A program made the translations under genes and the position numbers. A stretch of 62,656 bases of DNA from an uncultured Candidatus Saccharibacteria bacterium. GTDB taxonomy: Bacteria; Patescibacteriota; Saccharimonadia; Saccharimonadales; Saccharimonadaceae. Of this stretch, positions 9,273 through 18,994 are shown one piece after another. Position 1 is the first letter of the stretch. Each line of letters begins with the position of its first letter. The notes under the pieces were generated by a model that saw only the letters and a program-made list of their open reading frames with translations, did no database searches and was not told where the DNA came from. The stretch is taken from contig CAYTZL010000001.1 in NCBI GenBank assembly GCA_964442535.1, positions 1 through 62,656 on the forward strand, read 5' to 3'.

Positions 9273-12221
9273 ATGAGTTTCACAAAGAGCTACGAACCGG
9301 GAGATTTCGAGCCACGCATCTACGCCGAATGGGAGCGTACCGGCGCTTTCCAGCCTAAAAAACCGCTAATCGATTCCAGCGAATCCGACAGCAATAACTG
9401 TTTTTCCATTGTCATGCCGCCCCCGAACGCTAACGGTAATCTCCACATCGGCCACGGCCTCACTATCGCCCTCGAAGATTCCCTTACTCGCTACTACCGT
9501 CTCCGCGGCAACTCCGCCTGGTATATCCCCGGCGCCGACCACGCCGGCTTCGAAACTTGGGTCGTCTACGAACGCGCCCTCGAAAAAGACGGCCACTCCC
9601 GCTTCGAATTCTCCCGCGACGAACTTTACTCCCGCGTCTGGAACTTCGTCGAAGAACAACGCGGCAACATGGAGCTCCAAGTCCGCGCCCTCGGCGCCTC
9701 TTGTGCTTGGCCCGATTTAACCTTCACTCTCGACGAAAACGTCGTCTCCCGCGTCTACAAAACCTTCGAAAAAATGTGGAACGACGGCATGATTTACCGC
9801 GGCGAAAAACTCGTCAACTTCTGTCCTAAGCATCAAACCGCCTTCGCCGACATCGAAGTCGAACACGAAGACGAAACCGGCCACCTCTGGGACATCGCCT
9901 ACGAAATCGTCTCCACCCCCGAAACGGGAGTAATAGATGACGATTCGAAAGGCAGTAGTCAGAATAACTCTGATAGTTCTCGTCGAGCGACTAAAAGCGC
10001 GTCAAAGCTTGACGCGCAGAATGAGAGCCCCGTAAAGACGGGCGCTCGAATGGGTCGCTCGCGAGAATCTATCGGAGTTGATTCTGACAAACTTCCTTCC
10101 GAAATCATCATCTCTACCACCCGACCCGAAACCCTCTTCGGCGACGTTGCTATTGCCGTTAACCCTTCTGACTCCCGCTACACCGACCTTATCGGCGGCC
10201 TCGTCAAACTCCCCCTCACCGACCGCCTCATCCCGATCATCGCCGACGAACACGCCGACCCCGCTTACGGCACCGGCGCCGTTAAAATTACCCCCGCCCA
10301 CGATTTCGACGACTTCGAAGTCGGCGAACGCCATAACCTCGAGCGCATCCAAGTCATCGGCGAAAACGACAAAATGCTCGCCACCGCCGGCCCCGACTAC
10401 GAAGACCTCACTACCGCCGAATGTCGCGAAAAAGTCCTCCACGACCTCGAGGAACAAGGTCTCCTCCGCGGCGAAAAAGAAATCGTTCACTCCGTCGCTC
10501 ACTGTTACAAATGCGGCACCGTCATCGAACCCACCCTCAAAAGCCAATGGTTCATCGACGTCAAACGCCTCGCCGCCATGGCCATCGAACACCTCGAAGC
10601 CGGCGAAATCAAGTTCCACCCCGCCAACAAGAAAAAGGTCTTAATTAACTACCTTCAGGGCCTCAAAGATTGGAACATCTCCCGCCAAATCCCTTGGGGC
10701 ATCGCTATCCCCATGTTCCACCAAACCGAAACCGACAAAGCCCCCGAATGGATCTTCGACACCCGCACAAACCTCACTAAAATCGAAGTCGGCGGCGTCA
10801 ACTACTACCGCGACGAAGACACCTTCGATACCTGGTTCTCCAGTTCCCACTGGCCCATCGTCTGCACCGACTGGCTCGAAGGCACCGACAATCCTTATTA
10901 CCCCCTCAGCGTCATGGAAACCGGCGCCGACATCCTCTTCGCTTGGGTCGCCCGTATGATCATGATGGGTGTTTATGTAACGGGTGAAGTTCCTTTTAAA
11001 GAAGTCTATCTTCATGGTCTAGTACTTGACGCACATGGGAAGAAAATGTCTAAATCCAAGGGCAACGTCATCAACCCCATCGACCTCGTCACCAAATACG
11101 GCTCCGACGCCTTCCGCCTCGGCATCCTCCGCGGCCGCTCCGCCGGCATGAACCAAGCCTTCTCCGAAAACTCCGTCATCTCCGGCCGCAACCTCTGCAA
11201 CAAACTCTGGAACGTCGCCCGCTTCATCCAGTCCATCGTCGATGACTCTTCTAAAACCACTTCTGGCAAATCTCAGTCTTCGCCCGTTGATGAGCATCTA
11301 GTCGGAGCCGATTCATACGCAATCGCCTCCCCGGCATCGTCCCGGGAGCGCGAAGCTCGCGCGACAGAACGAGACACCCGTAAAGACGGGCTGTCGAGTG
11401 GGATGCCGAGAGGCGCATTGCGTGATGAATTGACTCACGAATATACTACCAACAACATGGGCGAAGACTGGATTTGCCGTGAATTAACTGCTTGCAAAGA
11501 AGAAATCGAAGACGATTTCAAGTGTTACCGTTTCTCCGAAGCCGTCGAAACTCTCTATACTACCATCTGGGACAAATACGCCGACTGGTTCATCGAAAGC
11601 CAAAAAATCTACAAAAACATCCCTCTCCTAAAAACTACCCTTGAGATGATCCTCAAAATGCTTCACCCCTTTGCTCCTTTCGTCACCGAAGCCATCTGGC
11701 AAAGCCTTAGCTGGACCGATGGCCTCCTTATCACCTCAAAATGGCCCTCCAGGCTTCAATACGACCCCATTTCCGCCCAGCAATTCGAAACCCTTATGTC
11801 TATCGTGACCGAAATTCGAGCCACCGTACAGGCCCTCCCAGCGCCCTCTAACGGCCAAAAATGGACCCTGCTTTACGGCAAAGACGCCATTGTTGACGAC
11901 AACCAGCTTCTCACCGCTAAATTATCCGGTGTCGCCTCTGTTATTAGTTGCGAAGGTCAGCCTCGCGGCCTCCGCCTCGCCCTCGCAAACCACGAGCTCT
12001 ATCTCGACGTCCCCGCCGACATCGTCGCCAAGCACCGCCACAACCTCGAAGAGCGCATCCTCGCTGTCGGTCGCGAGCTCGACACTCTTAACGCCCGCAT
12101 GCTAAACCCCAGCTACGTCGACAAAGCCCCCGCCCACCTTGTCGAACAAACCCGCAACGCCATTTCCGAAAAATCCGCCCTCATCGACCGCCTCAAACGC
12201 GAACTCGAAGTCATCCAGTAA
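9273..12221 (+). CDS. valS: Valine--tRNA ligase with two in-frame palindromic insertions
   Basis: PPPNANGNLHIGH (HIGH), TTRPET, GTGAVKITPAHD, DWNISRQIPWG, KMSKS, C-terminal coiled coil. Confidence 0.95.
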   Translation: MSFTKSYEPGDFEPRIYAEWERTGAFQPKKPLIDSSESDSNNCFSIVMPPPNANGNLHIGHGLTIALEDSLTRYYRLRGNSAWYIPGADHAGFETWVVYERALEKDGHSRFEFSRDELYSRVWNFVEEQRGNMELQVRALGASCAWPDLTFTLDENVVSRVYKTFEKMWNDGMIYRGEKLVNFCPKHQTAFADIEVEHEDETGHLWDIAYEIVSTPETGVIDDDSKGSSQNNSDSSRRATKSASKLDAQNESPVKTGARMGRSRESIGVDSDKLPSEIIISTTRPETLFGDVAIAVNPSDSRYTDLIGGLVKLPLTDRLIPIIADEHADPAYGTGAVKITPAHDFDDFEVGERHNLERIQVIGENDKMLATAGPDYEDLTTAECREKVLHDLEEQGLLRGEKEIVHSVAHCYKCGTVIEPTLKSQWFIDVKRLAAMAIEHLEAGEIKFHPANKKKVLINYLQGLKDWNISRQIPWGIAIPMFHQTETDKAPEWIFDTRTNLTKIEVGGVNYYRDEDTFDTWFSSSHWPIVCTDWLEGTDNPYYPLSVMETGADILFAWVARMIMMGVYVTGEVPFKEVYLHGLVLDAHGKKMSKSKGNVINPIDLVTKYGSDAFRLGILRGRSAGMNQAFSENSVISGRNLCNKLWNVARFIQSIVDDSSKTTSGKSQSSPVDEHLVGADSYAIASPASSREREARATERDTRKDGLSSGMPRGALRDELTHEYTTNNMGEDWICRELTACKEEIEDDFKCYRFSEAVETLYTTIWDKYADWFIESQKIYKNIPLLKTTLEMILKMLHPFAPFVTEAIWQSLSWTDGLLITSKWPSRLQYDPISAQQFETLMSIVTEIRATVQALPAPSNGQKWTLLYGKDAIVDDNQLLTAKLSGVASVISCEGQPRGLRLALANHELYLDVPADIVAKHRHNLEERILAVGRELDTLNARMLNPSYVDKAPAHLVEQTRNAISEKSALIDRLKRELEVIQ
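9958..10088. repeat. Palindromic element family A inside valS (insertion 1)
   Basis: Arms GTCAGAATAACTCTGATAG / CTATCGGAGTTGATTCTGAC; core GCGCGTCAAAGCTTGACGCGC..CCCGTAAAGACGGG. Confidence 0.85.
11305..11436. repeat. Palindromic element family A inside valS (insertion 2)
   Basis: Arms ATTCATACGCAATCGCCTC / GAGGCGCATTGCGTGATGAAT; core GACACCCGTAAAGACGGGCTGTCGAG. Confidence 0.8.
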
Positions 12222-12556
12222 CCACTTCGCCACCCTCTTCTTCTCCCCCGATCTCCCTCTCACGTCCCGGATGACTAGCATTCTGTTTCCCTTCCCTCAT
12301 CTCGCCGCCACAGTCTCAAACAGGACGGAAGAGAAGAGAGGGAGAAGGAAAAACCACCTGCCTCGTCCCCTTCATCCGGCAGGTCTACACCGACCCATTC
12401 ACTGCCAACCACGAGAAGAGAGCAACTCACTGCCCTCTCCTCATCTTCCTTTTCCATTTCTTTCTTTTTTATTTCTTTTGTTCGCCCCGCCCTCTTCTCT
12501 CCAATTCTCCTTTGTTCCCCCTTTCTCTTCGCCCCACCCCCCCGCCGTATCCTAGC

Positions 12557-13089
12557 CTCTTCTCTCTTCTCTTCCGTCCACCAGACTAGTCACTCTTCTC
12601 TCCTTCCTCCCTAGCTTAGGACTAGGGGGTAGGGATTAGGCAGCGAAGGGAATAGCCGCGGTAGCGATAGACGTAGTTGTAGCCGTAGGACGGCCTAACG
12701 GCGCTACTATCGAAGTAGAGGTAGTAGGCGCCGCTTGCGCCAGAGCTGGCTCGCGATGACCAGTAGTCGCCGCGCTGGCCAACGTTCTGTAACGGGTTAG
12801 AACTGTTAGGGTCGACGATGCCGCCCCGCACAAAGAATAAGGGACTTAGGACAATGTTGTAAGTATTACTATTAACGCTACTCGTACCAGACAGACTACT
12901 CGCTACACCATACTGGGTCAGCATATACCCGAACGTACCCTTCGTAGTATTATTCCCAGAACTCGGCAATTTCCAGTTCTTGGGACAGATGCTCCCACTC
13001 GCATTAGCATTCGTGATACTTCCTCCAGTCCCCGCCGTCGCCGCATTCCATTGGTAGTAATTCCCAGCAAGGTAGTGCTTAATACACAC
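12557..13089 (-). repeat. Variable FISUMP/CLec cassette 4, long form (from HYLAGNYYQWNAATAG)
   Basis: 155-codon open frame 12622-13089 with SICPKNWKLP and variable end ..LRCLIPTP*, plus extended tail. Confidence 0.9.
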
Positions 13090-13622
13090 AAACCTCTTTC
13101 TAAGATACGGCTTAATTACCGAGTTTTACCATAAGCGGAATAGAGACGCCAACGGAGTCCTTCCCTGGAAATCCCTTCTCTATACCTCTATTCTACCCCA
13201 AAACGCCCTCTCTTACAACCTCTAACTTTCAAAACAAAACCGCCTCTCATCCCCCCTCCAAACCGCTTCAAACCCTTCATTTTTAACCCCTCCAAAACCC
13301 CAAATTCCCCTCTAGCCCCTCTAATTCCGCCCACACGCCGTCAAAAACCACAACCGCAATCACCCACCTCCGACCCCAAACAGCCCTTAAACCGCTTCAA
13401 AATAGCCTTAAACGCTAAAATACGCCCACCATCCCCAAAGTTCCCCGCCCACCGCCTCCAACTTGCAAAATAGCCAATTCTAGCCCGAATCACCATCTTA
13501 AACTTGCAATTTCCCCCAAAACCCCGTCTTAAATGTTTGACTAAAAAGCTATTCCATGATAATATATTATCTAGATCATCCGATCTTAGTACCTTTCGTT
13601 AGCGACAAAAAGGAGTGATATT

Positions 13623-14333
13623 ATGCGTACATTCGACCCTATTCACCTGCCCAATTCCCTTCTCAGCCCTTCGCTCAACAATCTCACCATCCGCCCCGCG
13701 CGTCCCTATGACAACACCGACGAAATCGCCCGCCTCATCTATCTCACTGACCCCCTCATCTACCCCGGCTGGTTCCGCGGCTGCGACGAATCCGAACCCT
13801 CCGCAACCCTCACCCGCCTCATCATGAGCCCCGGCAGTATTTTTTACTGGGGTCACCTCACCCTCGCCACTGTCCGCCCCACCCCCGACTCCAACAAAGA
13901 ACAAATAGTTACCCTCCTCAACACCCTCGAATCCCCCACCAGCCGCCACGACTACGACTACAAACGCTTCAAAGACCAAAGCCCAATTTTCCGCGACATC
14001 ATCGAGCACTATGTCGAGCCCCTCCACCTCCAAGCCCGCACCTCCCCCGACGGCACCATCATCGGCGTCAACCTCTGCACCCACCCCGACTACCTCCACC
14101 TCGGCATCGCCCGCCACCTCCTCCGCACCTTCATCGAACTCGCCCACGCCCAGGGCTACAGCACAATCGAAGCGGAATGCCCCTGCAACAACGATACCGC
14201 CCTCAGCCTCTATCACAGTTTCAACTTCTATGTCACCAGCCACTTAATCGGCTACGCCGCCCCCGGCGAAACCCCGCCCGATATCTTCAACCTCCGCCTC
14301 GATCTTAATAACCGACATCTACTAATGCTCTAA
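13623..14333 (+). CDS. GNAT family N-acetyltransferase
   Basis: IRPARPYD, NLCTHPDYLHLGIARHLL (motif A), NDTALSLYHSFNF; SD AGGAG. Confidence 0.8.
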   Translation: MRTFDPIHLPNSLLSPSLNNLTIRPARPYDNTDEIARLIYLTDPLIYPGWFRGCDESEPSATLTRLIMSPGSIFYWGHLTLATVRPTPDSNKEQIVTLLNTLESPTSRHDYDYKRFKDQSPIFRDIIEHYVEPLHLQARTSPDGTIIGVNLCTHPDYLHLGIARHLLRTFIELAHAQGYSTIEAECPCNNDTALSLYHSFNFYVTSHLIGYAAPGETPPDIFNLRLDLNNRHLLML

Positions 14334-14400
14334 AGCCAACCTCGCTAACCTCCCCCTAGCCCCGCTAGGGGGATTTTCTTCCCTCTTAATTACTTTTACG

Positions 14401-14545
14401 CCATCACCTCACCAGCTCATGCCGCATTATCTCATCACCCCACCGCCTCACCACCTCACACCGCATTGTCTCATCGCCTTATCCCCTCACCATCTCATCA
14501 CCCCATCACTCCATCGCCTCATCATATCGCCCTCCCATCACCCCA
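14401..14545. repeat. Degenerate short tandem repeat (CATCAC/CTCATC-type units)
   Basis: Visible low-complexity periodicity, non-coding. Confidence 0.5.
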
Positions 14546-14643
14546 ATTCCCCACCCCTTTCACTCCATTTCCTCAACCGCTCATCCATTACCCTCTAATA
14601 AGCAGCACTAAACTAAAACAAAAACTAATTAGCCAAAACAGGC

Positions 14644-14995
14644 GAGCGGCAACGTTGACTTAATAAGGATGTTGATGTAAACTGGGGTTATATCCATTAG
14701 AAGAGTTAGCGTTTCTTCATAGAGACGCTAATTTTCTTAACAGAAATTTCTGCGTTCATTCGGAATAGTAAAACCTCGAGCAAGCTCGAGTTTTTTCTCT
14801 TCTCTCATGAACTTGAAGTTTTACTGTGCGCTTCAGGCGTAAACGCCCGAGACGTATAGCTACAACTATAGTCATACAACCTCCAATCTCCCGACCCGAC
14901 AAAAGTTAGTAAAATCAAGAGGTCACCGCCCACCTACTCCCAGAGTAGCACAATTTGAAAAATTTTAGCAAGCACTAGTATGATGTTTTTACAAA
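14644..14995 (-). pseudogene. Second copy of the 45-310 small-peptide module, disrupted by an 83-bp palindromic insertion (14736-14818)
   Basis: Colinear similarity to 45-310; ATG at 14875 gives MTIVVAIRLGRLRLKRTVK, then diverges at the insertion. Confidence 0.6.
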
Positions 14996-15063
14996 AAAGT
15001 CCCCTCACCCCTCAAAATCGCTCCTTCCCCCAAAAAGATCCCCAAACAAACATTTTTCAATCC

Positions 15064-15113
15064 AACTTGTAAATGCTTTACAAGTTCAACCTCATTTTAA
15101 CAGAGGTCAAAAA
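15064..15113. promoter_or_regulatory. Palindromic box copy 2
   Basis: AACTTGTAAA-TGC-TTTACAAGTT CAACCTCATTTTAACAGAGGT. Confidence 0.7.
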
Positions 15114-15169
15114 GTCCAATTTTTTGCTTAATTAACCATTTTTACGCTATTTCCCGCCTCACCCACCTC

Positions 15170-15442
15170 TCCTCTCTTCTCTTCCGTCCACCAAACTAGT
15201 CACTCTCCTTCCTCGAAGCCTTAGGACTAGGTGGTAGGGATTAGACAGCGAAGGAAATTGCCGTTGTAGCGATAGTCGCTGCCGGACGGATTGACGTAGC
15301 TATCAAAGTAGAAGTAGTAAGCGTAGGCAGTGCTAGAGGAGGCTCGCGAGGACCAGTAGCTGCCCCACTGGCCAGCGTTCCTGAATGGCGCGCTAGAGTT
15401 GCCTGGAGTGACATACCCGCCCCGCACAAAGAATAATTCCAT
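15170..15442 (-). repeat. Variable FISUMP/CLec cassette 5 (tandem with cassette 6)
   Basis: MELFFVRGGYV..FLRCLIPTT* 15227-15442; tail slightly altered. Confidence 0.9.
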
Positions 15443-15448
15443 TGCCTC

Positions 15449-15690
15449 TTCTCTCCTTCCTCCCTAGCTTAGGACTAGGTGGTAGGGATTAGACAGCGAA
15501 GGGAACGGCCGTAGTAGCGGCTGACGTAGTAGTTGCTGGACGGACTGACGTAGCTACTATCGAAGGTGAGGCTGTAGGCGAAGCTAGAGCTAGAGTCGGC
15601 TCGCGACGACCAGTAGCGGCCCTCCTGGCCAGCGTACCACAACTGCTGACTGTTCGAATTGATGTTACCGCCCCGCACAAAGAATAATTC
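15449..15690 (-). repeat. Variable FISUMP/CLec cassette 6
   Basis: ELFFVRGGNI..SLRCLIPTT* (stop 15475-15477) plus standard tail. Confidence 0.9.
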
Positions 15691-16116
15691 CCTCCTCTCC
15701 AACCAAAACCCACCCCTTGACAACCCGCCAAAACACTTCCTAATTACCGAACAACCCCCACAACATACACTCTTCCCAACCTTTCCGCATTTCCAAATTC
15801 CGCCGCCCACCTCAATCCTTCCCCACCGCCAATTTTCCCTCCTTCGTTCCCTTTTCCCCGATTTCCCACCGTCAATTCCCCGCTCCTTCCCTCTCCCCCT
15901 CTCTTATATCTCCCCCAAAATACCCCTTCAACTCGCTCACTCATCTAAATTCACCGTAAAACCATCACCACACATTTCCCACCTTTTTCAAGCACTACCA
16001 AAATCCGCCCCTCCTCCAAAAATGTTGTACTTTTTACAACAAACCACCAACTTTCCCTTCCCTGAAAAAACATTCCCACCCCTATAATTTTGCGCAAAAT
16101 CCTCCCATCAAAACTC

Positions 16117-16145
16117 TTGACATATCATCACGCTCGCGCTAAAAT
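16117..16145 (+). promoter_or_regulatory. Near-consensus sigma70 promoter with no long ORF behind it
   Basis: TTGACA-17 bp-TAAAAT. Confidence 0.6.
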
Positions 16146-16609
16146 AAAAGCAACGGATCAATTCATTGTGGGCATGGTGGTTCGGACAAGCACAAACGAT
16201 ATTTTACCCAAAATCGTAAAAATCCATTCGGTTTTTACAACCTTTATTTTTGGTTACGTCAATTTATTTCACGCTTCGTTATGGGCATAGTTTTTAATGC
16301 GCACTCTCCACCAAAAGAGAGTATTTTTGCTACCACAACACCAAACAGGGAACATCACCCTCAAGCACCCCCATTAGCTCAAGCCCTAACAAAAAATCAC
16401 CTCAGCACTACCATCAACTCAAAGCTCAGAACAGATAACGTCGCTCTCAACACCGCATCTCAGCCCAACCCCACATCACCCTCACCCAACACCCTCATCA
16501 CACGTAACAGGGAACTAAAAAATCCCCGCCACTCAACGGGGAACTAACAATCATAACTTAACAGGGAACTACTAACAAAACATCCACTCAATAACTACAC
16601 ACGGCAATC

Positions 16610-17019
16610 GCTAACGCCAGCAGTTCCATCTGTCCCAAGAATTGGAAGTTGCCGAGCTCCGGGGATAATACTACTAAGGGAACCTTTGGGTATATGTTGA
16701 ACCAGTATGGTGTAGCGAGTAGTTTGTCTGGTACGAGTAACGTTAATAGTAATACCTACAACATCGCCCAGAGTCCCTTATTCTTTGTGCGGGGCGGCTA
16801 CGTCAATCTATACTACCCTAGTGAGCCCTTCAGGTGGGCTGGGTCTGATGGCTATTACTGGTCCTCTCGAGCCTATTCTGATACTAGCTACGCCTACTAC
16901 CTCTACTTCGATAATAGCATCGTCGCTCCGTCCTACGGCAACGTCGCTCGCTACCTCGGCTTTTCCCTTCGCTGCCTAATCCCTACCACCTAGTCTTAAG
17001 CTAGGGAGGAAGGAGAGAA
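16610..17019 (+). repeat. Variable FISUMP/CLec cassette 7, long form
   Basis: ANASSSICPKNWKLP..SLRCLIPTT* (stop 16991-16993) plus tail; 16637-17019 identical to 21229-21611. Confidence 0.9.
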
Positions 17020-17026
17020 GGGAAGC

Positions 17027-17154
17027 ATAGGAGTGTAGCTTTAGGGATTTATGAGAGACTAAAAGAGTGACCAAGCTGGTCACTCAGAACGACGACCCTG
17101 TGAAGACAGGCGTCGGAGTGGGTCTCGAGAAAATCCCTAAAGCTACACTCCTAT
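17027..17154. repeat. Palindromic element family A, intergenic
   Basis: 24-bp perfect arms ATAGGAGTGTAGCTTTAGGGATTT; core GAGTGACCAAGCTGGTCACTC..GACCCTGTGAAGACAGGCGTCGG. Confidence 0.85.
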
Positions 17155-17159
17155 CTTGG

Positions 17160-18188
17160 CTACTCTACCTTCCTCACCCTCCTATTCACCTCCCTCAACA
17201 CCTTATAAACCCCATGCCTCACCTTCCTCACCGCCAAATCCCACGTCCCCAAATAATCCACCTCTCTCCCCCCAAACGACTTCTTGTATTGTGTAAACCC
17301 ATACCACGGATGCCCCGGATCATCCGACGTCGTAATCCCCCAAAAATCAAACACCTTCGCCCCCCGCTCCTGCGCATCCACAATCGTCTGCACCAGCAGA
17401 ATCGCCCCCGGCTCCAACCGCCGATACTCCTCATCCGCCGCCGCATGCATATAATATCGCACCCCATCATAATCATGCACCAACGCCGCCGCAATCGCTT
17501 TCCCCTCCAACTCCATCACATACAGCGTTGCAAACCCCATCTTCATCTGATTCTTCAAATGCGCCTCACTCTGCGGATTAAAATGATTCCTCTCCCCCAC
17601 CTTCTCGAGCAGGGAACTAAGCGCCGAAATCTCCTCCGGATCCTGCGTCACCTTTATCTTCATCCCCTTATTCGCATAATTCCGCCAACACCGCGTCTTA
17701 TTCTTCGTCATCCCCGCCAGCAAATCATCCCGCGTTTTCGTCAAATCCAGCACCCACGTATGCGCCGGGTTCAAATCCCTCGACTTCACAAACCCCATTT
17801 TCTCCAAATCCGCCGCCCTAAGAACATCCTTCTCACCCCTGTCACCACCATCATTCCTATCATCCCCCTCATCTCTCTCACCGCCTTCAAACACATCCCC
17901 CTCTCGCCTCGGCTCCACCCGCACAAAAATCGCCTTCTGCTCCTTCGCCAGCCCGAGCAGGGAATTAACCGCCCTTCGAAACCCCTCCTTACTCTCCACC
18001 ACCGGTCCATACGGACAATACAAGTAACTCCCCACCGGCGTCTTCTCCTTCACTGCTAACGCCACAAACCCCTCCCCCTCCAGCCAAAACGTCTCGCGCC
18101 CCTCTCCCCGCTCGTACCGCTCCCAAATCTTCGACTGCAAAATAATCCCCCTCGCCCCCTTCTTCTCCTCACTCATCTTTTTCTCCAC
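17160..18188 (-). CDS. FemABX-family peptidoglycan bridge aminoacyltransferase
   Basis: LQS..W, YLYCPYGPV, FVRVEP, TWVLDL, FDFWGI, GFTQYKKSFGG. Confidence 0.85.
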   Translation of the reverse strand: MEKKMSEEKKGARGIILQSKIWERYERGEGRETFWLEGEGFVALAVKEKTPVGSYLYCPYGPVVESKEGFRRAVNSLLGLAKEQKAIFVRVEPRREGDVFEGGERDEGDDRNDGGDRGEKDVLRAADLEKMGFVKSRDLNPAHTWVLDLTKTRDDLLAGMTKNKTRCWRNYANKGMKIKVTQDPEEISALSSLLEKVGERNHFNPQSEAHLKNQMKMGFATLYVMELEGKAIAAALVHDYDGVRYYMHAAADEEYRRLEPGAILLVQTIVDAQERGAKVFDFWGITTSDDPGHPWYGFTQYKKSFGGREVDYLGTWDLAVRKVRHGVYKVLREVNRRVRKVE

Positions 18189-18994
18189 AAACTCCCCTTT
18201 TCTCCATTATACCACGTTTCACCCCACAAAAAATCCCCGATTCACTCGAGGCTACACAAAGGAGGAGCCCCCGCCGAAGCGGGGGCTATTTTCAGAAGAA
18301 AAAAGAAACATTCCAATTTCGCGTGTCCCTTATAAGAAGCTTTAGCTTTTGCTACTACTTCACTGGTAAGATGAAAAGGTTGCAGAGGCAACGCCTCTAC
18401 TAATAGGATTTACCAGCTCATAAACGTTGAAGCGACAAACCGCTTCCGCCCATGAACATATACTTCAGAGGGAGGATATCATACCGAACGCGATACAACT
18501 GCTAATTGCCCATCGGATTCACTTCCTTTCTTCTAACGTACTCCATCAACAGGCGCCACACTGATTCTCCTCCAGGAAATCTCATCTCAACACTCACGAG
18601 CACCACCACAGAGAGCGTTATAGATGCCTAATATTCCAGATTCGCGATCAACCGCTTAGCCACTCCAGGCTTACCAACCCTCCTGGGTCGATTATTCGAG
18701 CTAGCTAATCACAGCACCTCTTGACAGGTCCAACTTCAATAAAACCTCCAGCACACACAATAAAGAAACTTCCGAGCAAAATCCTTCACCGGTTATAATT
18801 AGCCTATAGCCTGACTTTTAGCTCTCGTGCATTCAGTTTTATTAAAGTACTTTCCCATAATAACACACCATTTTCCTAAAGTCAACCCTAATTTCGCCCT
18901 ATTTTTCACAAAATCGCAACTTTTCCTCCAAAAAAAATCCCATCATATCAACTTCGCCATTGCATAAAACCTCAAAATATCGTACAATAGCCCC

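Noticed and set aside
12240-12556. Pyrimidine-rich tracts here and at 13200-13500 and 15690-16090 as functional elements
   Set aside because: They are consistent with unconstrained intergenic DNA drifting under the extreme C/G skew; no conserved motif or credible ORF.
18380-18515. Stop-codon readthrough or alternative genetic code in the SD-preceded short ORF
   Set aside because: Neighbouring genes end normally on TAG, TGA and TAA, and the extended frame gave no recognisable protein.
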